From contig JABIBQ010000080.1 in the NCBI GenBank assembly GCA_018652685.1, positions 8,357 through 72,356 of the forward strand: 64,000 nt of DNA. Reading direction: 5' to 3'. The position numbers and the translations under genes were made by a program. Positions 44,892 through 54,735 of this stretch are shown here, piece after piece. The first letter of the stretch is position 1. Every line of letters begins with the position of its first letter. This DNA comes from Candidatus Bathyarchaeota archaeon (GTDB lineage: Archaea > Thermoproteota > Bathyarchaeia > TCS64). Under the pieces are notes generated by a model. That model searched no databases. It saw only the letters and a list, made by a program, of their open reading frames with translations, and was not told where the DNA came from.

Positions 44892-46193
44892 GTGGGCATT
44901 ATGACCCAAAATCAATCTATCAAGGATCGCTGGGATAACATGTACTTCGGCTGGAAGACGGTTATCGCCGGCGCTATCATTGCCTGTTGGGGATACGGGA
45001 GCTGGTACTACGGTATGGGCGCTTTGCTCCTCCCACTCACCCAGGAATTCGGATGGACTAGGACCCAGTTAACCCTGGCCTTCAGCATGCGCAGCATTGA
45101 GGGCGGCCTTGAGGGCCCTATCGGTGGCTGGCTCATCGACAGGTACGGCGAGCGGAAGATAACGATCATATCCACTATAATCGCATGTGTTGGCCTCGTA
45201 GCGGTCCTCTACGTGAAGACCATCTGGCAGTTCGTCATCGTCTGGGGTTTCATCGTAAGCCTCGGATTCAACCTGGGCCTCTATGACACGGTCAACAGCG
45301 CAGTGGCCAAATGGTTCCACAGGGACAGGAGCAGGGCCATCGGCATTGTCACAATCGGCGGTGGACTGGGTGCACCTGTAATCGTGCCAATCATGGCCTT
45401 CATTATCCAAGATTATGGCTGGAGGTCAGCCCTGATCTTCGTAATCGTTTCAACAGCGGCCCTGTGCATCCCATTGGCGTGGTTCTTCATGAAGGACCAC
45501 CCCCCAGAGTTCTACGGTATGTTACCCGACGGCGATCACCTCAGGGTGAAAGAGGGCGAGGAACCAACGAAGGTAGACTATGGCTATGACTTTACTCCAA
45601 AGGAGGCATTGAAGACCAAGAGTTTCTGGATGATGCTCGTAGCATTCATGCTCAACGGTGGGACCCTAGCAATGATCACCATCCACCAGATGGCGTTCCA
45701 CCAGAGCCTTGGCATCGACGCACTGGCGGCGGCTGGTATTCTCGGGCTCATGGCCACCATTAGCCTTGGAGGACGGTTCCTCACTGTCACACTGGGTAAC
45801 AAGTACACCGAAAGGCAGTATATCATGCTGGGGTACACCCTGCGAACCATCGGGTTAGTCATCTTCATCTACGCGAGGACGATCCCGATCATAATGATAT
45901 TCGCACTGTTCTACGGCGTCGGGTACGGCATCACTATCCCATCCCAGACGAGCCTCAGAGCCAACTATTTCGGTAGGAAGGCGTACGCGACAATCACTGG
46001 GTACACGACAATGTTCGGTGCCATCACTAACGTGGCCTACCCAGTGTTTGCGGCGTGGATCTACGATACGACCGGCAGCTACATCCAGGCGTTCTGGATA
46101 GTTACAGCACTACAGGCATTCGCCATCGTGTTTATGTACCTGGCCAAGAAGCCTGAGCCACCAATCGGCGTGGTCGCACCAGTCTCTATCTAG
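44892..46193 (+). CDS. MFS transporter (oxalate/formate antiporter-like)
   Basis: 433 aa with a GTG start, 12 TM helices and motif GGWLIDRYGERK. Confidence 0.8.
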   Translation: MGIMTQNQSIKDRWDNMYFGWKTVIAGAIIACWGYGSWYYGMGALLLPLTQEFGWTRTQLTLAFSMRSIEGGLEGPIGGWLIDRYGERKITIISTIIACVGLVAVLYVKTIWQFVIVWGFIVSLGFNLGLYDTVNSAVAKWFHRDRSRAIGIVTIGGGLGAPVIVPIMAFIIQDYGWRSALIFVIVSTAALCIPLAWFFMKDHPPEFYGMLPDGDHLRVKEGEEPTKVDYGYDFTPKEALKTKSFWMMLVAFMLNGGTLAMITIHQMAFHQSLGIDALAAAGILGLMATISLGGRFLTVTLGNKYTERQYIMLGYTLRTIGLVIFIYARTIPIIMIFALFYGVGYGITIPSQTSLRANYFGRKAYATITGYTTMFGAITNVAYPVFAAWIYDTTGSYIQAFWIVTALQAFAIVFMYLAKKPEPPIGVVAPVSI

Positions 46194-46197
46194 ACCA

Positions 46198-46222
46198 TTT
46201 TTTAATGGGACTCTTGGAGTCC
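46198..46222 (+). terminator. Oligo-T tract plus short hairpin after the MFS gene
   Basis: A T6 run (46198-46203) begins 5 nt after the TAG. It is followed by the hairpin GGACTC-TTG-GAGTCC (46208-46222) and a further T-rich stretch. Confidence 0.3.
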
Positions 46223-46392
46223 TGAATATTTTTACAACTTTGGAAAATTCATTTTCTCGGAAAACAATCAAACATTGTAATCGAAAATATCAAAGCTCAA
46301 AGAGGGATTTACCCAAGAATTCTAGGAAAAAACTTGCAGAAATAATGAGGCCAATTATTGAGAGTGGAATGAGTATAGAATAAGAATGGGGA

Positions 46393-47766
46393 TTAGACCT
46401 GAGCCTTCTCAGGCTCATGGACCAGGAACTGGACCATCAGCGCGCTCATGAACAAGGCTACACTTGTGATCTGCCAGACCAAGGTTGGGCTGTAAGCGTA
46501 TACCTGTCCGCCTACCCATGCGCCGAGAGCTGCTGGAGGGAAGATCAAGAACCCTCCGCCCCAGAAGTTACCCCAGCTGATCTGGACTCCACGCTCACCT
46601 AGAAGGCTGTAAAGCCTTCCACGACGCTCCCTCGGGATCATGTTGGCGATCAGTGTGCTGAAACCAGGGATCATGATCTTGTTGCATAGCGCGATCATGG
46701 TTATTATTCCCGTCACTGCCCAGAAACCGTTAGCATACTGGAACACGAAGATTATGAAAGGAGCAACAATCATCCCCGCCATAACTGATTTTTTTGGGCC
46801 CCACTTATCCACTGCACCTCCGAGAGGGAGGGCGAATATTAGGGCGACCACTCCGCTCCACAGGTTGACGTTCCCCCATTCCTGGATGCTTATGCCCACG
46901 ATATCTTTGGCATATAGTGACCAGAAAGGTGCGCTCATCGCGACGAAGAAAGCCGCTATCACCTCGATTAGGACGATTGTTTTCAGTGACCTATCCATCC
47001 ACTTGACAGAATCAACGATGCTTGCATAGCTCTGCTTGAGCACGGATAGAGTATCGCCCCACGAGTAAGACTCTGATTCGTCTTCCTCAATGGTCTCGGT
47101 AAGATATTTCAACCTGAGCCAGGCAACAACGAGACCGGTGCCAAACGCAACGGTCCAAGCCAGTTTGACTGCTTTGATCAGTGCGAGGTCTTCTGAAAGT
47201 CCAGAGGTAGCTTGATAATAACCGATCAGGCGACCACCAATGACTGGAGCCAGGATACGGATAGCCTGAGGCACCGCCATCATGATGGCAAAACCTTTCC
47301 CTCTGACGCCTGGTGGCAGGCTGTCGCTACTCAGCGCGTTCATCGCGGGCATGTAGAAGAGTAGAAGCTGAGAGAGGAATTGGCCAAGAGCCAAGGTCTG
47401 CCAGTCATTAGCTATAATGAACGGGATATGGGCGAAGGCGTAAAGCACCGTACTATACCCGATGAGTTTTACCCTGCCCGATTTGTCAGCCAAGAAGCCA
47501 CCAACGGGATAAAGGAACATACCAGCAAGGATCCCGATACTGCTGATGAAGCCGATGTCCTGCTTCGTTCCCCCTATCGCCTCGATATAGTAGCTAAAAT
47601 AGGGGTAGACGATGCTTGTGCTGAGGCTCCAAAGCAGCCTGCATATTATGAGTATCTTGATGTTGCCCTGGATGAACCAGAACATACCTTTCTTTTCCTG
47701 TTCGCTTATGGCTGTCATTGTAGTCTCACCTCTGGTAGCCTGATCGGGGTGTTCCCCCTTCTCCAC
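46393..47766 (-). CDS. MFS transporter
   Basis: 457 aa (alternative ATG at 47718), 12 TM helices and motif GGFLADKSGR. Confidence 0.8.
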   Translation of the reverse strand: MEKGEHPDQATRGETTMTAISEQEKKGMFWFIQGNIKILIICRLLWSLSTSIVYPYFSYYIEAIGGTKQDIGFISSIGILAGMFLYPVGGFLADKSGRVKLIGYSTVLYAFAHIPFIIANDWQTLALGQFLSQLLLFYMPAMNALSSDSLPPGVRGKGFAIMMAVPQAIRILAPVIGGRLIGYYQATSGLSEDLALIKAVKLAWTVAFGTGLVVAWLRLKYLTETIEEDESESYSWGDTLSVLKQSYASIVDSVKWMDRSLKTIVLIEVIAAFFVAMSAPFWSLYAKDIVGISIQEWGNVNLWSGVVALIFALPLGGAVDKWGPKKSVMAGMIVAPFIIFVFQYANGFWAVTGIITMIALCNKIMIPGFSTLIANMIPRERRGRLYSLLGERGVQISWGNFWGGGFLIFPPAALGAWVGGQVYAYSPTLVWQITSVALFMSALMVQFLVHEPEKAQV

Positions 47767-47879
47767 AGCCCCAGAATTTCAAACAGGGGGCGCAGGTATA
47801 ACTATTAAACATTGTTACAACGCTACATGTATCTGTACCAAAAACGATTTGAAAATAGATAGGGGTTAGAAAAAAATCG

Positions 47880-49040
47880 CTAATATTTTGGGATGGAAGG
47901 ATCCACATCGTCGGCCCACCCATGAAGGCCGCCCACGAGGTTTCTGAGCTTCGTGAACCCTGATTCTCGTAACTGATTCAAAGCTCTGGCGCTGCGAATC
48001 CCTGTGCGACATATTAGCACGATGTCATCTGCCGTGTCAAGCTCATTCATCCTAGCCAGGACGTCTCCTTCAGGAATGAAAGTAGAGCCCGTGATGTGAC
48101 AGATATCCCATTCGTGGGGCTCCCTCACGTCGACCAAGACGACCTTGCCTTCCCTCTGGAGCTCGGAGTTGAGATCACTCGGAGTGATATTCCAATCAGC
48201 CCCCAATTCCTCGACGTGGGCCTCCTCGCTTCCCATTGATATCCCGCAAAACTGCTCATAGTCAATCAGCTCGTGGATAGTCGGGTTCTCCCCGCATATA
48301 GGGCAGTCCGGGTCTTTCATTGGCTTGACCTCCCTCCACCTCATATCGAGGGCGTTGAACAGGAGCAACCTCCCGATGAGAGGGTCACCTGAACCTAGTA
48401 TCTGCTTGATTACCTCCGTTGCCTGTATCGTCCCCATTATTCCCGGAAGAATTCCTAGGACCCCACCCTCAGCGCAGCTCGGGACCATACCCGGTGGCGG
48501 TGGCTCTGGATATAGGCAGCGATAACACGGCCCTTTCTCGGCGTGGAACACAGATGCCTGCCCCTCGAACCTGAATATGCTTGCGTACACGTTGGGCTTC
48601 CCAAGGAGCACGCAGACATCGTTTGTCAGATACCTCGTCGGGAAGTTGTCTGTGCCGTCTGCTATCACGTCATAATCCCTGCAGATATCCATGGCGTTGG
48701 CCGATGAGAACATCGCCTCGTGCAACACGATCTCAATCTCGGGGTTGATAGCACGCAGTTTCTCAGCCGCTGACTCAAGCTTTGGCCTCCCAACGTCGGC
48801 TGTATGGTGAAGGATCTGCCGTTGAAGGTTGCTGAAGTCAACCACATCAAAATCAACGAGGCCGATACGCCCAACTCCCGCGGCTGCGAGGTACATGGCC
48901 AAAGGAGACCCTAGGCCGCCTACTCCGATGCAGAGCACGCTGGCCTCCTTGAGTTTTTTCTGACCGGCCAAGCCGACCTCAGGCATTATGAGGTGCCTGC
49001 TGTACCTCAGTATCTCCTGGTGGGATAACTCCGTGACCAA
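47880..49040 (-). CDS. E1-like adenylyltransferase (MoeB/ThiF/UbaA family) fused to a C-terminal rhodanese domain
   Basis: 386 aa with a TTG start. Motifs RYSRHLIMPEVG, GVGGLGSP and DFDVVDFSNLQRQ, paired CxxC zinc motifs (CYRC, CPIC), and the rhodanese loop CRTGIRS. Confidence 0.85.
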   Translation of the reverse strand: MVTELSHQEILRYSRHLIMPEVGLAGQKKLKEASVLCIGVGGLGSPLAMYLAAAGVGRIGLVDFDVVDFSNLQRQILHHTADVGRPKLESAAEKLRAINPEIEIVLHEAMFSSANAMDICRDYDVIADGTDNFPTRYLTNDVCVLLGKPNVYASIFRFEGQASVFHAEKGPCYRCLYPEPPPPGMVPSCAEGGVLGILPGIMGTIQATEVIKQILGSGDPLIGRLLLFNALDMRWREVKPMKDPDCPICGENPTIHELIDYEQFCGISMGSEEAHVEELGADWNITPSDLNSELQREGKVVLVDVREPHEWDICHITGSTFIPEGDVLARMNELDTADDIVLICRTGIRSARALNQLRESGFTKLRNLVGGLHGWADDVDPSIPKY

Positions 49041-49043
49041 ATG

Positions 49044-49322
49044 CTAGCCTCCACTAACGGCGGGTATCAATGATACCTCGTCTTTGTTTGCCAGCTCGGT
49101 GTCCAGTTTCTTGAGGAAACGGTAGTCCCTGCCGTTGACGTATATGTTGATGAAACGTCTGGGCTTGCCGTTGGCGTCGTAGAGTTTTTCGTTGAAAGCC
49201 CCACCGTATCTGGTTGAAAGCCCGGTTAGGACCTCAGATAGGGATGATGCCTCTACCTCAATGTTTGTAACGCCCGCAACAGCTGCGAGCGCACCGGATA
49301 ACGAGACCGTTACAGTTGACAT
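49044..49322 (-). CDS. MoaD/ThiS/SAMP-type ubiquitin-like sulfur carrier/modifier (C-terminal GG)
   Basis: 92 aa ending in SLIPAVSGG. It lies 3 nt upstream of the E1-like gene on the same strand. Confidence 0.75.
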   Translation of the reverse strand: MSTVTVSLSGALAAVAGVTNIEVEASSLSEVLTGLSTRYGGAFNEKLYDANGKPRRFINIYVNGRDYRFLKKLDTELANKDEVSLIPAVSGG

Positions 49323-49536
49323 GGTCTAGCCTCCTTTGTGTTTGATTTTCTCTGCTGTGTAACTGGTTCCACGGTATGATTTCGTACAAGCGATCCGTAG
49401 ATGTTCCCGGTCAGGCGTGTTGAGCGCCTGTAAATATAACTGAGTGTCGATTCCTCCTGATAGTGTCCCTCCTACATCCAATCCGATATTAATATAGTTC
49501 TATCAATAATAATCCTAATGGAATAATAGGGAGGGG

Positions 49537-49794
49537 TTATTTCTTGGTGACCTTGAACGTGACCAGGTTCCACCTGTCAGGGCACTCATATTTCCACTCG
49601 TCGTTGTTGTACCAGGGTATCTGTCCACCGTAGCACATGTTCATCAGTGTTGGGAACATATCGTGGTAACAGTACCCGCAGATGCCTCCCGTCTTGTGGG
49701 TATTAACCTCAAACTTGTCCCCCACTTTGTGGCCGGCGCTGCAGTCCTTGAGCACGCTGACCACTTCAGCCTCGTATATCGGTTCTTCAGCCAT
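49537..49794 (-). CDS. TIGR04076-like small Cys-rich protein
   Basis: The likely start is ATG 49794. The pattern G.KF......GGICGYCYHDMFP....M.YGG..PW.......ECPD....V.F.V resembles that family as I recall it. Confidence 0.6.
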   Translation of the reverse strand: MAEEPIYEAEVVSVLKDCSAGHKVGDKFEVNTHKTGGICGYCYHDMFPTLMNMCYGGQIPWYNNDEWKYECPDRWNLVTFKVTKK

Positions 49795-49877
49795 GTGTAT
49801 CATGTATCCAAGACATCTTGAGTTGATAACTGTTTTAGAGGCCATCACCCAGATGAGCCTCAAGGATTACGAGTAAT

Positions 49878-51170
49878 TTATGGACGGAGGAGTTTCTCTT
49901 TCTTCCTCGAGGGCTCTTCGACCCCGACCATGAACAGTGCTACGGCTATGAGCCCTGTTATGGCACTCACCCTGAAAGGCCAGATGGGGCCAAGGTTGTT
50001 CCACAGCCAGCTGCCTGCGAGGGAAGCTGGCGCTGCAACCACACCTGTGATAGTGCCGATGGTTCCCATCACGGTTGCCCGCTTCTCCTTTGGTACCAAA
50101 TCTGCGACTAATGCCTGCCAAGCCGGTCCACCTGCGTTGCCCATCCTGCCTCCACCTCCAAATGCCTCGGATAGTGAGTTCGTAGCTTGAGCCAGGAGGT
50201 ACTGGGGGAAGTTACCTGCAAGTGTTGTTCCGAACATGGAGAGAGGTGTGAGGAACCTGGATAGGCTGATGATGGGTTTCCTTCCGACGCGGTCGGAGAT
50301 CATTCCCCCTGGCATTGACAGCGCCGATGTGATGATTCCTCCTATGGTTGTAACTAGTCCGAGCTGGGTGTAGGATAGCCCGATTACCTCTTGTGCGTAG
50401 ATTGGCACCAAAGAGAACACCATCCTCGCCCCGAAGGCACTCAGGACTGCTACAAGCACCATTACCCACACGTTCTTACCGAGGGTCATGGTCTCAACGA
50501 CCTGCTCCTTGATGGGGAGTCGCTTCTTGGCCCTGCCCTTCATCTCCTCCTCGTCGAACAGTGTCTCCGTGATTATCCTGTAGCGGGCATAGGTCACGAC
50601 GGCGTTGATGAATATGCTGAGGAACATGAACAGTCTGAAACCCTCGGCTGGCCCCATCCTGTCGAACAGGTACCCACCTATGATTGGACTGAATATCCGG
50701 GGGGTCGATGTGATCATCCTGAACGCCCCGTACCCGGCTCCTCTCTCGTCCTCGGGTAGGCTGTCGGCTATTATCGCGTTGAATGCCGGCATGTATATGC
50801 TGGTCACGCCGTTCAGGAGGAGGGCGGGTATCATCGTGACCCAGTCGGTAGCCCACAGATACAGCATGGGCGTGAATATCCTGAGGGCCGTACCGTACAC
50901 GATGATCTTTCGCCTGCCGAATCTGTCGGCTATGACACCGCCAGGTAACTGGAAGAGGAGGCGCTCAGATTGGCCCAGCATTGATAGGAACGAGATAGCC
51001 CAAACGCTTGCACCTAGGACATCCTTCAAATAGAGTGACCAGAATGGCCTCCACCCCGCGTCACAGAGGGTGATCATGCTGGTGGTGATTGCGATGGTTG
51101 TAATGTTCTTGCTGCTGAAAACCAGTTTTATGGTTTGCCAATATGATCTTTTTCCGGACAAAAATTGCAC
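49878..51170 (-). CDS. MFS transporter
   Basis: 430 aa with 12 TM helices and motif GGVIADRFGRRK. Confidence 0.8.
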   Translation of the reverse strand: MQFLSGKRSYWQTIKLVFSSKNITTIAITTSMITLCDAGWRPFWSLYLKDVLGASVWAISFLSMLGQSERLLFQLPGGVIADRFGRRKIIVYGTALRIFTPMLYLWATDWVTMIPALLLNGVTSIYMPAFNAIIADSLPEDERGAGYGAFRMITSTPRIFSPIIGGYLFDRMGPAEGFRLFMFLSIFINAVVTYARYRIITETLFDEEEMKGRAKKRLPIKEQVVETMTLGKNVWVMVLVAVLSAFGARMVFSLVPIYAQEVIGLSYTQLGLVTTIGGIITSALSMPGGMISDRVGRKPIISLSRFLTPLSMFGTTLAGNFPQYLLAQATNSLSEAFGGGGRMGNAGGPAWQALVADLVPKEKRATVMGTIGTITGVVAAPASLAGSWLWNNLGPIWPFRVSAITGLIAVALFMVGVEEPSRKKEKLLRP

Positions 51171-51243
51171 CTAGATGATACCTTACACTCCATTGTTACG
51201 GTATAAGGCTTTGTAGCGAAAATAATGGGTTTGAAAAAAAGGT

Positions 51244-53799
51244 TTAGCCCAGGAGGCTGTTGAAGAGCAACTTGAACGTTCCGTGAGTCTGGCACCTGTG
51301 CTGCACCCTTGGCCCCATGAGGACAACATGTCCCTCTCCAACGTGGGCGTAGATGGCAGCGATCTTGTCTGCGATCTTCTCCTCACCCACCAGCCAGCCC
51401 GACTCCAGGATATCACTGTCAGGGTAAACCGCGAGTACTTCGTACATGTGGTTGTTGGGCCCTGGGTTGACCTTGAAAGCAGGGCTGCCCCAGAATAGGG
51501 CCAGCGCATCCTCGGGCATACCGTAGGCGGCAGGGTGGGTGTTCTCAACCTCGACGCGGAGGGTGCTGCCTGGGCAGTGGAACTCCTTGGCCCCCAGCCC
51601 CTTCACAGTGTCAGTGATTGGCAAGTCGAGGGCTTCGATGGCGTACCCCGTGGACGCACCTATCGTGTACATGGTACCACCTGCCTTGGTCCACTCGACC
51701 AGCTTCTCCTTTCCCTCATCCCCGAGTCCTGTCTCGTACTCCGGTGGGTAGACCGTGAGCGGCCAACCCGGTCGGGTCTCAGCCCACCACTTCTTCATAT
51801 CGTCACCTCCGGCTAACATCTCCTTAGAGTCGTGGGCCAGAATGATGACGTCGTACTCGCCCAGGTCTCCCTCCTTGATGTCCTTGTCGTTGAGTAGGGT
51901 GTAATCGAAGCAGAACTGCTCAAGGACGAGTCGTGTCCAGCCCATGTCCATGTTTCCGCCCCAGAGCCTGTGGTACATGCCCACCTTGAGGCTCTTGACG
52001 TCCTCCATCTCTGCCTCAAGCTCGGCCAGTGCGTGGAAGGTGACGCCGATGTGAGTGGCAACCTCGTTTAACTTCTCCTCGTAGCCTGCTGCGACCACGA
52101 AACAGCCTGCAGGTAGTTCATGGTCACCTGCGATCACCGGCTCAAGGATGCGCTTGATGGGCACGCCCTGCTTCAGCAACAGGTTTACCGCCTTGAAAGA
52201 GGCGTTCTCTCTGGTGTCCAGCAGGTAACCAACCTTGCTGTCCTCGTCTACATAGCCCACCGGTGCCTTGTACTCGGTGACTGGCTCAACCTGGAACTCG
52301 CTCAGGTAATCAGCCGCGTGAACATTGACGCCCATGAACTCCGCCATTGTGTCAGTGGCGGTGTCGTAGGGCCTGTTGGGTGTGCCGTCCCCCATCCTCG
52401 TGAAGCTGTTGTCAGGGAACCTCGTCCTGGTCAGCAGGGTCTTGATGAGCCCTGACTTCGGCTGGGCCAACGGGATCAGGTAGCTGCCCGCGCCGTGGAT
52501 GTAGCCGTCAGCAGTGAAGGGCTCGTTGGCCCGGTAGATGCTCAGCCCCTGGACAAGTAGCTTCTCTATCATGAGCTCCGCGGTCCTCGGGTCGTGCTGA
52601 TCCTCCGGGACCACGATGACCTGGGGTGATCCCTCGCCTCCCCTCTCGGTCTGCCTGATGGCCTTTTGGTACTGGTTCCAGAGCACAGTCTCTCTGTTCC
52701 TGGCAACGTGATCTAGAAGGGCCCATGCGGCGATCTTTTGCTGCTCCACGATGTCCCTCAGTGTCCACCAGCCTCCCGGCCAGGGGTTTGGGAAGTTTGT
52801 TGAAGGCTTGTAGTGAGGCATCATCCTTGTACCAACGAGGCTTTTCTCAACCGTCTCGGCCTTTAGTTGCTCTGGGTGGATGTAAAGAGGCGTGGCCAGC
52901 TTAGCGCTCGCCGACTCCGTGAGCATGGACGGGATGTTGTGGTAGATGCCTATCCAGTGGTAGCCCATGTGTGCCCATCCGCTGAAGATTGCGGCGTTGA
53001 CTATGCCTGATTTCCCCTCTTGCTCAAGCTTGTACGCCATATGGCTGCCATACCACTGGAGCTCCCTCCACACAAGGGGGTCGCCGTGGGGGTGGATGGG
53101 GTCACTGTAGGGTGCAACGTATAGCCGTGCGCCGTATGAGCCCATGTGGTGGTGGTCCTGGTACGCCTGTGGCGGCCAGTCCTTGAACATGACTTCAGCC
53201 AGGTACTGGCTCTCCACGGTGTTAGTCATGAACGCGTCCCTGTTATTGTCGTGGCCGCAGTACTTGTGGTACAGATCCGGCGGTGAGCCTCCCTCGTACT
53301 CGGTGTCAATCCACTGGTTGTACCAGTCCGTGACCATGATCTGGCCGTCGGGGTTGAAGCTGGGCACGATGATGCTGATGACCTCGTCTCTGATTCGCTT
53401 CGCTTCCTCGTCCTCGCGTGTGACCTGGTCGTATGCCAGCTCGGGTGCCATCTGGGTGCCGCCGATCTCGGTGGCGTGGAGGCTCATAGTTTGAACGATT
53501 ACTGCTTTCCCCTCGGCGATGAGGCTACTGATCTCGTCTATGGCTCTGTTCTGGGGGTCGGTGATGGACTTGTTGACCTCCTGGAGCCTGTCCATGTTGG
53601 AGAGGTTCTCCTCGCTGCTGATGTAGGCAACTAGGAACGGGTTCCCCTCGGTGGTGTCACCTGAGTTAACCACCTTGATCCTGTCAGACTCCTCCTGGAG
53701 GAGGTTGAAGTACTCTACGATCTTGTTCCACCGGGCGATCTTGCGGTCGGCTCCAAGCCTGTGACCGAAGAAATCCTCGGGGCGCGTGATTTTTGCCAT
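51244..53799 (-). CDS. Large M14-family metallocarboxypeptidase-like protein with C-terminal extension
   Basis: 851 aa. Zn-carboxypeptidase-like blocks LHATEIGG, SFNPDGQ and QDHHHMG. No signal peptide. Confidence 0.7.
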   Translation of the reverse strand: MAKITRPEDFFGHRLGADRKIARWNKIVEYFNLLQEESDRIKVVNSGDTTEGNPFLVAYISSEENLSNMDRLQEVNKSITDPQNRAIDEISSLIAEGKAVIVQTMSLHATEIGGTQMAPELAYDQVTREDEEAKRIRDEVISIIVPSFNPDGQIMVTDWYNQWIDTEYEGGSPPDLYHKYCGHDNNRDAFMTNTVESQYLAEVMFKDWPPQAYQDHHHMGSYGARLYVAPYSDPIHPHGDPLVWRELQWYGSHMAYKLEQEGKSGIVNAAIFSGWAHMGYHWIGIYHNIPSMLTESASAKLATPLYIHPEQLKAETVEKSLVGTRMMPHYKPSTNFPNPWPGGWWTLRDIVEQQKIAAWALLDHVARNRETVLWNQYQKAIRQTERGGEGSPQVIVVPEDQHDPRTAELMIEKLLVQGLSIYRANEPFTADGYIHGAGSYLIPLAQPKSGLIKTLLTRTRFPDNSFTRMGDGTPNRPYDTATDTMAEFMGVNVHAADYLSEFQVEPVTEYKAPVGYVDEDSKVGYLLDTRENASFKAVNLLLKQGVPIKRILEPVIAGDHELPAGCFVVAAGYEEKLNEVATHIGVTFHALAELEAEMEDVKSLKVGMYHRLWGGNMDMGWTRLVLEQFCFDYTLLNDKDIKEGDLGEYDVIILAHDSKEMLAGGDDMKKWWAETRPGWPLTVYPPEYETGLGDEGKEKLVEWTKAGGTMYTIGASTGYAIEALDLPITDTVKGLGAKEFHCPGSTLRVEVENTHPAAYGMPEDALALFWGSPAFKVNPGPNNHMYEVLAVYPDSDILESGWLVGEEKIADKIAAIYAHVGEGHVVLMGPRVQHRCQTHGTFKLLFNSLLG

Positions 53800-53862
53800 G
53801 CATCAAAGGGGACGGTTTGAGAATTTAGGGTTACTCATGACGGAAATGTTACAAATATCTAG

Positions 53863-54327
53863 CTAGGACCGGAGCCTCGCAACCTTGGCTCCGTTCACCC
53901 GCTTCATCTCCTCTGTGGACGTGTATGTGAGGGCGTTGCCTGATCCCCCACCAGAGTAGACTTTCTCCTTCTCAAGCACCTTGGGGTCCATCAGAAACGT
54001 TGCCTCATACCCGAAAGCAGGTGTCCCTCCCACGGGGTATCCTGTGAGCTCAAGTATCTCACCCGGCTCGGCGATCCTCGGTCTTGGGATTCCAAGTGCT
54101 TTACCGACCCTGCTGGTGCTTGCTCTATGCTCACCCTTGACGATGGCCACGACTAGTTTACCGCCCATGGTCACCATGCAGATGCTCTTGACGAAATCCT
54201 CGGGCTCGGCTCCGACAGCGGCAGCCGCCTCAGCAACGCTGTGGGTTGAATGAGTGAACGATATCACCTCGGCCTTTACCCCGTTCTCGACGATGTACGC
54301 CCGGAGTTTGTCCTCGAACTGGCTCAT
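53863..54327 (-). CDS. YbaK/ProX-type aminoacyl-tRNA editing domain protein
   Basis: The likely start is ATG 54327 (MSQFEDKL...). Motifs GGKLVVAIVKGEHR and TGYPVGGTPAFG. Confidence 0.7.
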   Translation of the reverse strand: MSQFEDKLRAYIVENGVKAEVISFTHSTHSVAEAAAAVGAEPEDFVKSICMVTMGGKLVVAIVKGEHRASTSRVGKALGIPRPRIAEPGEILELTGYPVGGTPAFGYEATFLMDPKVLEKEKVYSGGGSGNALTYTSTEEMKRVNGAKVARLRS

Positions 54328-54494
54328 AGTACAAGATAACCCCGTGTCACGCTTTACGGTTTCCCACCTTGCAAGCGTTAATGCTGCCTGCAATAGTGGT
54401 GTCTAAGGCATTCTTCGTCAAACGCCGAAACGCGGTTCGTTGAGTGGCGACAACGTTTATATCTGATAGCTTAAGCTGTAACCGCTGATCACAC

Positions 54495-54692
54495 ATGGAG
54501 CAGTTGAAGAAGATCACTAACATGGACAAGGTAACACTCGCACTATTGCTGGAAGAGGGAAAGGCGAGAATCAGTGACATACAGTTCCACGTGACCCTGA
54601 GCAAGAGGCAGATCAGGTCGGCTCTCACCACTCTGGTTAGGCAGGGAATGGTCATCTACGAGATATCCACCGCTAGCTACATGCTAGTCTAG
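54495..54692 (+). CDS. Small winged-helix DNA-binding protein candidate
   Basis: 65 aa with an HTH-like pattern (ARISDIQFHVTLSKRQIRSALTTLVRQGMV). An AT-rich TATA-like sequence lies upstream. Confidence 0.45.
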   Translation: MEQLKKITNMDKVTLALLLEEGKARISDIQFHVTLSKRQIRSALTTLVRQGMVIYEISTASYMLV

Positions 54693-54735
54693 TTCTTTCG
54701 ATAAACCTAAACTGGCGGAACACGTTTTCTCCGCC

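Noticed and set aside
47880-49322. A eukaryote-like ubiquitylation cassette (Ub-E1-E2-E3-Rpn11) of the kind reported in some TACK archaea.
   Set aside because: Only a MoaD/ThiS-type Ubl and a MoeB-type E1-rhodanese fusion are present. No E2/UBC fold, RING or JAMM ORF is nearby, so this is the classical SAMP/sulfur-carrier arrangement.
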